64,000 nt of DNA from the NCBI GenBank assembly GCA_900544685.1, contig UQWA01000009.1, positions 1,348 through 65,347 on the forward strand. Reading direction: 5' to 3'. The number at the start of each line of letters is the position of its first letter. The first letter of the stretch is position 1. A program made the position numbers and the translations under genes. Positions 1 through 9,249 of the stretch are shown here, piece by piece. Under the pieces are notes generated by a model. It was not told the origin of the DNA. It did no database searches and saw nothing but the letters and a program-made list of their open reading frames with translations. The stretch comes from an uncultured Lachnospiraceae bacterium (GTDB lineage: Bacteria; Bacillota; Clostridia; Lachnospirales; Lachnospiraceae).

Positions 1-2
1 TT

Positions 3-2174
3 ATGCTGGCGTTTTCTGGCGTGTCAGTGCCTGAAAAAACAGTCTGTGCACAGGAAACACTTGTGACGCAGGAAGATCAGTATGAAGAACAGTATGAAGA
101 ACAGGACAATTGGTCAGAGGAAGATGGAATACTTAGCGGAAGTTCGCAAGACGCAGATTATGACGATCAGGAATGGTTGCTTGACGATGGATATGGTGTG
201 GATGACAGTTTTCTGGAAGATGATTTTCTGATTGATCCTGAGGAAGATGAAGAACTGACAGGAACAGAAGACTTGGACAATGACAAGAATTCAGAGAGTT
301 TATCTGGAACGTCACAAAATGCGGATGGACAGGTGACAACTCAGAATGAAGATGAAACAACAGTTCAGACCGGGAAGTGCGGTGAGAATGCTACTTATGA
401 TCTGGACAGTAAAGGAAAGCTTTGGATTAAAGGAAGCGGAGCGGTAACGGATATCACTGCATTCAAGGAAAATAATCAGATCCGAACAGTTGTTGTGGAA
501 GAAGGTATCACAGATATTGCACCGTATGCGTTCAGTCGCTGTGACAGTCTAGTCAGTGTGACATTGCCAGACAGCATGACAGCAATACGGGAAGCTATGT
601 TTATCAAATGCGATAATTTAAGTGAAGTAACTTTACCGAAGAAGTTGAAAGTAATTGGAGATAATGCATTTAGCGGATGTATGAATCTGACCAGTCTGAC
701 ATTGCCGGATACATTGACAGATATTGGTGTGGAAGCGTTTTCCGGTGTGGGAATCACAAAATTTAATCTTCCGCAGGGAGTGCAGCGTATTGGAGAGGGA
801 GCATTTACAAGTGATATTTTTACAGAGATCCAGTTACCGGAAAACATAACCGATCTTGGTGCAAGAGCTTTCCAGTATTGTGAAAAGCTGAAAAACATCA
901 CAATTCCGGAAAATGTATCGGAGATAAGGGATGGTACCTTTTTGGCGTGCAGTGCCTTAAAAACAGTAACATTACCGCAGAATCTGCAAAGAATTGGAAA
1001 AGATGCATTTTCCAACTGTAAAGCTCTGACAGAAGTCGATATATCAGCCAGTGTGACAGAGATTGGTAAATATGCTTTTTATAAATGTGATAAATTGAAT
1101 ACTGTCTATATCAGAGGAAATGAAGTCAGCATCGGAGAATGTGCAATCGGGTATAGTATCGTGTATGTAAAAGCGGAAGAAGAATGGAAAGATGTAAGGA
1201 ATAAAAATCTGATTTTTTATGGGAACATCGGTTCCACAGCAGAAAAATATGCAGCAGAAAACGAACTGACATTTCCGCATCCTGCAGAGGTGCTGGTACA
1301 TTGCCCGCCAAAAGAAGCAACCTGTGAAGAAAACGGAAATATAGAATACTGGCACTGTAACAGCTGTGGGCTGAATTACAGTGATGCAGGTGGAAAAGAG
1401 ACGGTTGCCGATGTCGTCATTTCAAAAAAGGGGCATAAGATAGAACTGCAGAGCGGAAAAGATGAAACAACGGAATCCGAGGGAAGAAAAGCGTATTATT
1501 TTTGCAGCAGATGTGGAAAGAAGTTCTGGAAAGAAAATGGAACGGAAGAAGTGACAGATGACAGTGAGCTTGTTATTCCGAAAATAAAACAGGAAGAAAC
1601 GGAAGAAACCGAAGGTGTAGTGGAAACGGAACCGGAACAGGAGAAAAATACAGGGACAAAAAAAGAAACGACTCAGAAAACACAAAAAGTAAGGACGAAA
1701 AAAATTAAAGGGCTGAAAAAATCGATAAGCATTGTAAAAGGCAAAACCATGAAGTTAAAGCCGGTACTTGTGCCAAAGAACAGTACGGAGAAGATCTCTT
1801 ACAGTACTTCTGATAAAAAAGTGGCAGCAGTCAATGCGAAAGGCGTCATTACAGGAAAAAAAGCAGGCACTGCAAAAATTACAGTAAAATCCGGCAGTAA
1901 AAAATATGTGATAACGGTAAAGATAACAAAAGTAAAGACTGCGAAACTTAGCGGGATTCCAGCCAAAAAGAGCATAAAAAAAGGAAAAACATATAAACTG
2001 AAAGCAGTAGTTACACCAAAAAACAGTGATGAGAAGGTTACCTATTCCTCATCCAATAAAAAGATTGCCACGGTAACGGCGAAAGGTGTAGTAAAAGGAA
2101 AAAAGAAAGGAACTGTTAAAATTACCGTAAAGAGTGGTTCCAGAAAAAAGACCTGTAAGGTTACGGTAAAATAG
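3..2174 (+). CDS. BspA-type leucine-rich-repeat surface protein with Cys-rich repeats and C-terminal Big_2 Ig-like domains (true start probably upstream of the window)
   Basis: Repeated 'LxxVTLPxxLxxIGxxAFxxC' LRR_5 units; acidic N-terminal linker; two CxxCG repeats; two Lys-rich 'YSxSxKKVAxVxAKGxxxGKKxGTxKITVKSG' domains. Confidence 0.85.
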   Translation: MLAFSGVSVPEKTVCAQETLVTQEDQYEEQYEEQDNWSEEDGILSGSSQDADYDDQEWLLDDGYGVDDSFLEDDFLIDPEEDEELTGTEDLDNDKNSESLSGTSQNADGQVTTQNEDETTVQTGKCGENATYDLDSKGKLWIKGSGAVTDITAFKENNQIRTVVVEEGITDIAPYAFSRCDSLVSVTLPDSMTAIREAMFIKCDNLSEVTLPKKLKVIGDNAFSGCMNLTSLTLPDTLTDIGVEAFSGVGITKFNLPQGVQRIGEGAFTSDIFTEIQLPENITDLGARAFQYCEKLKNITIPENVSEIRDGTFLACSALKTVTLPQNLQRIGKDAFSNCKALTEVDISASVTEIGKYAFYKCDKLNTVYIRGNEVSIGECAIGYSIVYVKAEEEWKDVRNKNLIFYGNIGSTAEKYAAENELTFPHPAEVLVHCPPKEATCEENGNIEYWHCNSCGLNYSDAGGKETVADVVISKKGHKIELQSGKDETTESEGRKAYYFCSRCGKKFWKENGTEEVTDDSELVIPKIKQEETEETEGVVETEPEQEKNTGTKKETTQKTQKVRTKKIKGLKKSISIVKGKTMKLKPVLVPKNSTEKISYSTSDKKVAAVNAKGVITGKKAGTAKITVKSGSKKYVITVKITKVKTAKLSGIPAKKSIKKGKTYKLKAVVTPKNSDEKVTYSSSNKKIATVTAKGVVKGKKKGTVKITVKSGSRKKTCKVTVK

Positions 2175-2178
2175 ATGA

Positions 2179-2352
2179 AAAACGGACGGGAAAAAGAAAA
2201 TGCTGCAGACATGGGAACATATTCAGAATGGATTGTGTGATATATTAAAGAACGATCCTAAGATTCGTTCAGATGTATTCGATCAATAATTTACGGAAAG
2301 ACAATTTGCAGATATATTATTTTCTTTCATATTAGTATCGATGATTCGTCAG
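2179..2352 (+). pseudogene. Remnant of the C-terminal part of a TetR-family regulator
   Basis: Frame reads KTDGKKKMLQTWEHIQNGLCDILKNDPKIRSDVFDQ*FTERQFADILFSFILVSMIRQ with an internal TAA at 2287-2289; resemblance to clostridial TetR C-termini is from recall. Confidence 0.55.
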
Positions 2353-2919
2353 TTTACCATGTTTGGAATGATGGCAGTTCTATTAGGCAGTGGAGATGCA
2401 TTCCACCTGATTCCTCGTGCAACCGCACTTTGTACAACCGGTCTTGAGAATTTTACCGTACAGCTGGGACTGGGTAAGTGGATAACATCCATTACCATGA
2501 CCATCTTTTATGTGGTACTTTATCATGTATGGCGTGAACGTTATCAGATCAAGGGTCGTAAAACAACTACAGCAGTTATTTATGGTCTTGCAGTATTAAG
2601 AATTGTTTTGTGTATGATGCCTCAGAATAAATGGCTTACTGCAGATGCTCCACTTTCCTGGGGTATCTATCGGAACATTCCGTTTGCACTGATGGGACTG
2701 ATAATCATCGTTTTATTCTATAAAAGTGCAAAAGAAAATCATGATACATCTTTCCGTTGGATGTGGCTGACAATCGTCCTGAGCTTTGCATTCTATATTC
2801 CGGTTGTGTTGTGGGCAGATGTAATACCAATGATTGGCATGCTGATGATTCCTAAAACATGTGCCTATGTGTGGACAGTGTTGATTGGCTATAAGGCAAT
2901 GAAAAAAGAGGTTGCTTGA
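2341..2919 (+). CDS. Conserved multi-pass membrane protein, probably 5'-truncated/chimeric
   Basis: Several hydrophobic helices and an LGxGDxFHLIPR motif; no RBS before the ATG; in frame with the upstream TetR-like remnant. Confidence 0.6.
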   Translation: MIRQFTMFGMMAVLLGSGDAFHLIPRATALCTTGLENFTVQLGLGKWITSITMTIFYVVLYHVWRERYQIKGRKTTTAVIYGLAVLRIVLCMMPQNKWLTADAPLSWGIYRNIPFALMGLIIIVLFYKSAKENHDTSFRWMWLTIVLSFAFYIPVVLWADVIPMIGMLMIPKTCAYVWTVLIGYKAMKKEVA

Positions 2920-2933
2920 TAACCTCGGGGAAG

Positions 2934-2966
2934 AACTAAGAGGTGGTCAACGGCCACCTCTTAGTT
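2934..2966. terminator. Hairpin between convergent genes, probable bidirectional terminator
   Basis: AACTAAGAGGTGG / CCACCTCTTAGTT perfect 13-bp inverted repeat. Confidence 0.75.
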
Positions 2967-3883
2967 TATCTTATCAGTAAATAGGCTGTGTAACTAATAT
3001 AGAGAAGAATACAAATGGCACCTTCCAGGCGTGTCATCTTTTTTTTGCTTCTGGCGAAAAGATACAGAATAACCGCACTTACGGTCAGTAACAGGCAGTC
3101 AATCACGGATTCATCCAGGACATGCAGCGGAGAGATGACAGATGACATACCCAGAATGAACAGGATATTGAACAGGTTGGAACCAATGGCATTTCCCAGT
3201 GCCAGACTGCTGTCTCCCTTGCGAGTAGCTACAATGGAAGTTACCAGTTCTGGCAGAGAGGTGCCGATAGCGATGATCGTCAGACCGATAAAGTTCTGAC
3301 TGACGCCCCAGCTCCTGGCAATGATGCAGGCTTTGTCTACTACCAGATCGCCGCCAAAGATAACAGCTGCCAGACCACCGACAATGTAGAGCAGGCTGAC
3401 TGGGAGAGAAAGTGTCTGAATATCAGCTCCCGGTTCTCTGTTATTTAAAGCAGAGCGGATCATGAAGCAGAGATAAAGAATCATACCGGCAAGAAGCAGA
3501 ATACCTTCTGTACGACTAAGTTTTCCATCCAGGAACATCAGACAGAGAATGGCACTGACAAAGATATTTAATGGCATATCCCGTTTCAGAATATCTTTAT
3601 TTGTCTGGAATGCGGCAAGGACGGCACAGACACCGACCACCACAAGACCATTGAAAATATTGGATCCCACTACATTGCTGATAGCGATATCGTTGCTTCC
3701 TGCCAGGGCTGCGTTGATACTGACAGAGGCTTCCGGTGCACTGGTTCCCATGGCGACGATGGTCAGTCCGATGATGACACTTGGGATTCGGAGAATGCGG
3801 GCAAGAGAAGAACTTCCTTCCACGAAGAAGTCTGCCCCCTTGATTAAAAGAACAAAACCGACGAGTAATAATACATATTCCAT
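2966..3883 (-). CDS. Ca2+/Na+ antiporter (CaCA/YrbG family)
   Basis: Two alpha repeats: GTSAPE...GSNIFN and GTSLPE...GSNLFN; about 10 TM helices. Confidence 0.92.
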   Translation of the reverse strand: MEYVLLLVGFVLLIKGADFFVEGSSSLARILRIPSVIIGLTIVAMGTSAPEASVSINAALAGSNDIAISNVVGSNIFNGLVVVGVCAVLAAFQTNKDILKRDMPLNIFVSAILCLMFLDGKLSRTEGILLLAGMILYLCFMIRSALNNREPGADIQTLSLPVSLLYIVGGLAAVIFGGDLVVDKACIIARSWGVSQNFIGLTIIAIGTSLPELVTSIVATRKGDSSLALGNAIGSNLFNILFILGMSSVISPLHVLDESVIDCLLLTVSAVILYLFARSKKKMTRLEGAICILLYISYTAYLLIR

Positions 3884-3920
3884 ATAGTAGGCTCCTTTCC
3901 TGTGATAAAAGAGTCTGGAA

Positions 3921-3968
3921 TAAAAAAAGAGACTCTTATCACATCAAAAAATGATGGATAAAAGTCTC
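3921..3968 (-). terminator. Riboswitch expression-platform terminator
   Basis: On the minus strand GAGACTTTTATC...GATAAGAGTCTC followed by T7; the 5' arm overlaps the 3' end of the aptamer. Confidence 0.8.
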
Positions 3969-4053
3969 GTTATTTCAATAACAACCGGCCAGATGGCGTG
4001 ATGACGATCGCTATTCCATCAGAGAACATCTGATGGTTAACTACTCCCCTTTA
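3959..4053 (-). ncRNA. yybP-ykoY (Mn2+-sensing) riboswitch
   Basis: Minus strand reads TAAAGGGGAGTAG...CGTCATCACG...ACGAGACTTTTA, the hallmark motifs of the family; lies in the 5' leader of a cation exchanger. Confidence 0.88.
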
Positions 4054-4225
4054 TTCCTGGTAACAGAATAGGTTTTCTGTTGTTGAGTATATTCTATGCA
4101 GAATAAAAGAAAATGTCAACCCTGACTGTAAAAAACTGTTATAGCAGTGTAAATGATGGATGTATTCATGTATAATAAAAACAGATACAAAACACGAGCG
4201 AGTCTGAGATAAGGAGGTTAGGATC

Positions 4226-5128
4226 ATGAAAAAAAATTCTGTGGTTGTATGCGTTTGTGCGGTACTGTTCTCTTTTAACATCTGTGGTGAAGATATGGGA
4301 GTCGTGTCTGCCCAAATCCCTGGGGCAGAAGAGAGCCTGGCAATTCTGCAGGATATCATCAGAGAAGACGAATGTCAGGTCGGAATGGCATTTCTCGGAT
4401 ATATCGATGAAGCAGCAGAAGTATCAGAGATACTGGAATATACCAGGCAGGAAGAATTGACTGATGCCTATCCATTTTTACAGGATGGGACAGTTGTTGA
4501 TGCAGGTGGCTGTGAAATATATGCCATTGTTCCTGGGGATGACAGTAAGGTCAGTGTTTATCCGGCTCAGATTACGGAAGAAGGAGAATATGTGGACGAG
4601 CTGAATGACCCGTGGTATATGGGGCAGGAGAATGAAGTCATTATCCTGCGGTGCAATATGAGTGAGATTCATTCTAATGTAATGGTTTCTGTACAGAAGC
4701 AGAATATGAGTGTGCAATACCATCCTATGGTGTCATTAAGGGATGGACATCTTGCAGCAGAAGCCTACTGCTATGATTTCTCTATCTATGATAATGATTG
4801 GGAAGAGTATGATCCGGAATATTATGATTTAGAAAGTTATAATTCAGAATATTATGAACCAGAGTATTATGATTCGTCATTGGATATAAATATTGCCCGG
4901 GAATTACTGGCGGAAACGGACGAGATTCGTTATTATCTCAGCCTTGGAATGTTATTATGGTATACAGGAACTGAGGAGTATATTGATGGAAGATATTGCC
5001 CGGTATTTGTACTTGGAACAGATCAGGAGGATCATTTTACAAAAGAAAATTATTATGCAGTAGGCGACAATGTGGTTTATTATTATGATGTACTGGGCGA
5101 TGCATGGCTTCTGCTGGGAGCCGGATGA
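4226..5128 (+). CDS. Hypothetical exported acidic protein
   Basis: AAGGAGG RBS; signal-like N-terminus; acidic composition; internal pentapeptide repeats. Confidence 0.75.
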   Translation: MKKNSVVVCVCAVLFSFNICGEDMGVVSAQIPGAEESLAILQDIIREDECQVGMAFLGYIDEAAEVSEILEYTRQEELTDAYPFLQDGTVVDAGGCEIYAIVPGDDSKVSVYPAQITEEGEYVDELNDPWYMGQENEVIILRCNMSEIHSNVMVSVQKQNMSVQYHPMVSLRDGHLAAEAYCYDFSIYDNDWEEYDPEYYDLESYNSEYYEPEYYDSSLDINIARELLAETDEIRYYLSLGMLLWYTGTEEYIDGRYCPVFVLGTDQEDHFTKENYYAVGDNVVYYYDVLGDAWLLLGAG

Positions 5129-5136
5129 TGGGAGCA

Positions 5137-6030
5137 TCAGTTTCCCGTTAGTGGATGTTCTGTATAATATTTTTTCGTAAAGTTTAAAAAGGTCTGCATA
5201 TCATTACGGATGTATTTCCCTTTTTTCCAGATCATACCGATCGTGACCTGAATCGGCGGATTCAGAGGAATTCCGACAATGTTGGAGAATTTATCGGTCA
5301 TGCTGGAATAAAGGAAGCATCCGTATTTGTTCATCTTTAAAAACTGCAGGGTAGTGTAGATCTGACTTCCGCGCATGATAATGTTCGGTGTATAACCCTC
5401 CAATTCAAAACGCTGCTTTAAAAGCTGATTCTGCACAGAGTCACCATTAAAGAAAATTAACCATTCTTTTGCCATTTCTGATGTAGTTACTACTTCTTTT
5501 TTTGCCAGTCGATGACTGTCATTTACACAAAATACAATCTGATCGTTTGCCAGAAGAATATTGTTGAATTTATCGATATTGTACTGTTCCATATTGACCA
5601 GTGCCAGATCCAGTGTATCGTCGTGAACCAGGTTGCAGGCACGGACGGATCCGTATTCTTCCAAAATAACAGGAACTTCAGGATATTCTTCCTGAAAGGC
5701 AATCAGTAGTTCCGGGAAAAAGACGGTGCTGAGCATTGGTGGAATGCCAATGCGCAGAGGCGGCTTGACTCTTGCCAGACTGGAACAATCGGCTTGCAGT
5801 TCATTACAGTATTGAAGAATGTAAGTGGCTTTTTCATACAGAGTTTCCCCTTCTACGGTCAGAACCAGCTGGTTCCCTTTGCGGTAAAAAAGGCTGACCC
5901 CAAATTCCACTTCCAGATCACGGATGGCAACGGATACCGTAGGCTGGGTGACATATAATTCTTCAGCAGCCCGTGTAATACTGTGGCAGCGGCTGGCAGT
6001 GCAAAAATAGCGTAATTGGTTCAAAGTCAT
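5137..6030 (-). CDS. LysR-family transcriptional regulator
   Basis: MTLNQLRYF...SITRAAEELYVTQPTVS HTH; GAGGAG RBS supports the start at 6030; divergent from the SLC13-ttd operon. Confidence 0.92.
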   Translation of the reverse strand: MTLNQLRYFCTASRCHSITRAAEELYVTQPTVSVAIRDLEVEFGVSLFYRKGNQLVLTVEGETLYEKATYILQYCNELQADCSSLARVKPPLRIGIPPMLSTVFFPELLIAFQEEYPEVPVILEEYGSVRACNLVHDDTLDLALVNMEQYNIDKFNNILLANDQIVFCVNDSHRLAKKEVVTTSEMAKEWLIFFNGDSVQNQLLKQRFELEGYTPNIIMRGSQIYTTLQFLKMNKYGCFLYSSMTDKFSNIVGIPLNPPIQVTIGMIWKKGKYIRNDMQTFLNFTKKYYTEHPLTGN

Positions 6031-6092
6031 AATACCATTCTCCTCATTAAAAAGTCTGATATCATAAAAATAGCATATTTGAATAAGACTTT

Positions 6093-6175
6093 CCATAAAT
6101 TTTTTTAATCAATATTTTCTGGTAAATATGCATAAATTGCGTACTCTCATTTTGAAACCATAAAATTTTTTTATG
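6093..6175. promoter_or_regulatory. Two putative LysR boxes in the divergent promoter
   Basis: CATAA-N7-TTATG dyad at 6159-6175 and an imperfect copy CATAAATTTTTTTAATC at 6093-6109. Confidence 0.5.
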
Positions 6176-6310
6176 CGGATATACTTTCTAACAATTTGTT
6201 TTTATAACTGGACAATCTTATAATAGGATTAACAAATGAAATGCGTGCGGCCGACGTTTTTCAAGAGTAAAAAACAAAAGAATGAAACGAAGCGAAAGGA
6301 GTTTTTTCGA

Positions 6311-7576
6311 ATGTCTCAAACAACCATTACGCTGCTGTTTCTCACGTTCACGATTATTAGCTTCATACTTGAAAAAATACCGCTTGGTCTCACAGCTACT
6401 ATTTGTGCACTGGGTCTGACACTGACCGGAGTGTTGGATGCATCCACCACATTTGCACAGTATGTGAACAGTAATGTTATCCTCTGCGTAGGCATGTTCG
6501 TAGTAGGGCAGGCATTATTTGAAACAGGAATGGCAAACAAAATTGGCGGCATTTTTACAAAGTTCGCCAGAACAGAACGAACACTGATCATCGCAATTAT
6601 GGTGATCGTAGGAGTTATGTCAGGAATCTTATCTAACACCGGTACGGCAGCCGTATTGATCCCGGTTGTCTGTGGTATCGCAGATGAATCCGGATACTCC
6701 AGAAGCCGTCTGCTGATGCCACTGGTATTTGCAGCAGCCTTGGGCGGTAACCTCTCCATCATCGGAGCACCGGGCAATCTGATGGGTGTGAATGCACTTC
6801 AGGAAATGGGCTTATCCACCAGTTTCTTTATGTATGCACCGGTTGGCGTGCCAATGCTCATCCTTGGAATTATTTATTTTGTATTCCTTGGATACCGCTT
6901 CCTTCCAGATGGAACAGAGGCAGGCGGAGCAGCAGTGGAAGCTCAGAAGGATTTCAGTAATGTTCCAAAATGGAAACAGGTAATTTCACTGGTAGTTCTG
7001 ACCGTAGTTATTATTGCTATGATTTTTGAAGAAGAAATCGGTATCAGTATTCAGGTTTCTTCCTGTATCGGGGCTGTTTTCCTGGTATTAACCGGAGTGC
7101 TTTCTGAAAAAGAAGCATTGCAGTCTATTGACTTGAAAGTGGTACTGCTCTTTGGTGGTTCTCTCTCCTTAGCCAAAGCGCTGGATACCACAGGTGCAGG
7201 GAACCTGATCGCAGATAAGATCGTAGGACTTTTAGGAGCGAATCCGAACCTGATTGTACTGCTTCTGGTCATCTTTATTGTAACCTGTGCACTGACCAAC
7301 TTTATGTCAAATACAGCAACCACTGCACTGATGATTCCAATCGCAGTATCCCTGGCCAATAACCTGGGAGCAGATCCAAGAGCTGTTGTAATCGCAACGG
7401 TCATTGCAGGGTCATGTGCTTATGCAACACCGATCGGTATGCCTGCTAACACTATGGTAGTCGGCCTCGGCGGATACAAATTCAAGGATTATGTAAAATC
7501 CGGTTTGCCTTTGATTCTCTTTTCATTCGCAATCTGCATGATTTTACTGCCGATCCTCTTCCCATTCTATCCGTAG
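6311..7576 (+). CDS. SLC13/DASS-family dicarboxylate permease
   Basis: Two SNT motifs (LSNTGT, MSNTAT) and TPxGxPAN; AAAGGAG RBS before the ATG at 6311. Confidence 0.88.
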   Translation: MSQTTITLLFLTFTIISFILEKIPLGLTATICALGLTLTGVLDASTTFAQYVNSNVILCVGMFVVGQALFETGMANKIGGIFTKFARTERTLIIAIMVIVGVMSGILSNTGTAAVLIPVVCGIADESGYSRSRLLMPLVFAAALGGNLSIIGAPGNLMGVNALQEMGLSTSFFMYAPVGVPMLILGIIYFVFLGYRFLPDGTEAGGAAVEAQKDFSNVPKWKQVISLVVLTVVIIAMIFEEEIGISIQVSSCIGAVFLVLTGVLSEKEALQSIDLKVVLLFGGSLSLAKALDTTGAGNLIADKIVGLLGANPNLIVLLLVIFIVTCALTNFMSNTATTALMIPIAVSLANNLGADPRAVVIATVIAGSCAYATPIGMPANTMVVGLGGYKFKDYVKSGLPLILFSFAICMILLPILFPFYP

Positions 7577-7628
7577 AACAAAAAGCAACTTATTTACATT
7601 TATATAAAAAATAAAATGGAGGTAATTC

Positions 7629-8537
7629 ATGATGACAAAGGAAAATGGAGTAAAACAGTTAACAGATATGGTGGCTGATTTTGTCGGCCATATCGGAAAA
7701 AAATTACCAGATGATGTAGTAACAAAACTGGAAGAACTTGGTTCCCAGGAAACAGCAGCACTTCCAAAGGTTTTGTATGAAACTATGACAAAGAATCAGG
7801 GACTGGCTGTAGAACTGGATCGTCCAAGCTGCCAGGATACCGGTGTCATTCAGTTCTGGCTGAAATGTGGAACGAACTTCCCATACATCAATGAACTGGA
7901 AGGACTTTTAAAAGAAGCAGTTGTTCAGGCAACATTTGCAACACCACTGAGACATAATTCCGTAGAAACATTTGATGAATACAATACAAAGAAAAATGTT
8001 GGTAAAGGAACACCAACTGTATGGTGGGATATCGTACCAAACAGTGATAAATGTGAAATCTATGCATACATGGCAGGTGGTGGATGTACCCTTCCTGGAA
8101 AAGCAATGGTTCTGATGCCGGGTGCAGGTTATGAAGGTGTGACAGATTTCGTTCTGGATCAGATGACCAGCTACGGATTAAATGCTTGTCCTCCACTGCT
8201 GGTAGGTGTCGGTGTAGGTACTTCAGTGGAAACAGCAGCTCTGAATTCTAAGAAAGCGCTGATGCGTCCAATCGGTTCACACAACGACAATGCCAATGCA
8301 GCAAAAATGGAACGGTTACTGGAAGATGGTATCAACAAGATTGGCCTTGGACCACAAGGTATGGGCGGAAAGTACTCCGTTATGGGTGTTAATATTGAGA
8401 ACACTGCCCGTCATCCGTCTGCAATCGGCGTAGCTGTAAACGTAGGATGCTGGTCACACCGTCGTGGACACATCGTAGTGAATCCAGACCTGACTGTAAC
8501 TTGTGATACACATTCTACATGGAAATTCAATGCATAA
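7629..8537 (+). CDS. ttdA: L(+)-tartrate dehydratase alpha subunit
   Basis: RPSCQDTG, YMAGGGCTLPG, NACPPL and GCWSHRRG motifs. Confidence 0.88.
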   Translation: MMTKENGVKQLTDMVADFVGHIGKKLPDDVVTKLEELGSQETAALPKVLYETMTKNQGLAVELDRPSCQDTGVIQFWLKCGTNFPYINELEGLLKEAVVQATFATPLRHNSVETFDEYNTKKNVGKGTPTVWWDIVPNSDKCEIYAYMAGGGCTLPGKAMVLMPGAGYEGVTDFVLDQMTSYGLNACPPLLVGVGVGTSVETAALNSKKALMRPIGSHNDNANAAKMERLLEDGINKIGLGPQGMGGKYSVMGVNIENTARHPSAIGVAVNVGCWSHRRGHIVVNPDLTVTCDTHSTWKFNA

Positions 8538-8552
8538 TAGGAGGAAAAAATC

Positions 8553-9185
8553 ATGATCGAAATTAGAGGAGATAAAAAAGTTCTTGTTACCCCTGTCAGT
8601 GCAGAGGATCTGAAAGATATTAAAATCGGCGATATTGTATGGCTGGACGGAGACCTGATGACCTGCCGTGACGTAGCACACCGCCGTCTGGTGGAATATG
8701 GAAGAGAACTTCCATATGATATCCGCAACAAAGCTATTTTCCATGCAGGACCAATCGTTCGTAAAATCGAAGGAACTGAGAATGACTATGAAATGGTGTC
8801 TGTAGGACCAACTACTTCCATGCGTATGGAAAAATTCGAATATGAATTCACAAAAGAGACTGGTGTCAGAGTTATTGTCGGTAAAGGTGGTATGGGACCA
8901 AATACAGAACGTGCCTGCAAAGAATTTGGTGCAATCCACTGCGTATTTCCGGCAGGATGTGCAGTTGTAGCGGCAACAGAAGTAGAACGTATTGCAGAGC
9001 ATCATTGGGATGAACTGGGAATGCCGGAAACATTATGGTGCTGTAAAGTGAAAGAATTCGGTCCACTGATTGTATCCATCGATGCACAGGGACGTAATCT
9101 GTTTGAAGAAAACAAAGTGATCTTCAACGAGAAAAAAGAAGCAGCAAAACAGGATATTTATCCGGAAGTGAAGTTTATTAAATAA
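8553..9185 (+). CDS. ttdB: L(+)-tartrate dehydratase beta subunit
   Basis: [24 protein letters not shown] and LGMPE motifs; directly follows ttdA. Confidence 0.88.
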   Translation: MIEIRGDKKVLVTPVSAEDLKDIKIGDIVWLDGDLMTCRDVAHRRLVEYGRELPYDIRNKAIFHAGPIVRKIEGTENDYEMVSVGPTTSMRMEKFEYEFTKETGVRVIVGKGGMGPNTERACKEFGAIHCVFPAGCAVVAATEVERIAEHHWDELGMPETLWCCKVKEFGPLIVSIDAQGRNLFEENKVIFNEKKEAAKQDIYPEVKFIK

Positions 9186-9249
9186 GATACACAGGGTAAC
9201 AACCCGTTAAGTATCATATAGACAGGAAAGAAAAAGGAGGATCGGGGCA

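Noticed and set aside
78..104. 12-nt tandem repeat CAGTATGAAGAA in the LRR gene
   Set aside because: Only about two in-frame copies in a low-complexity linker; unremarkable
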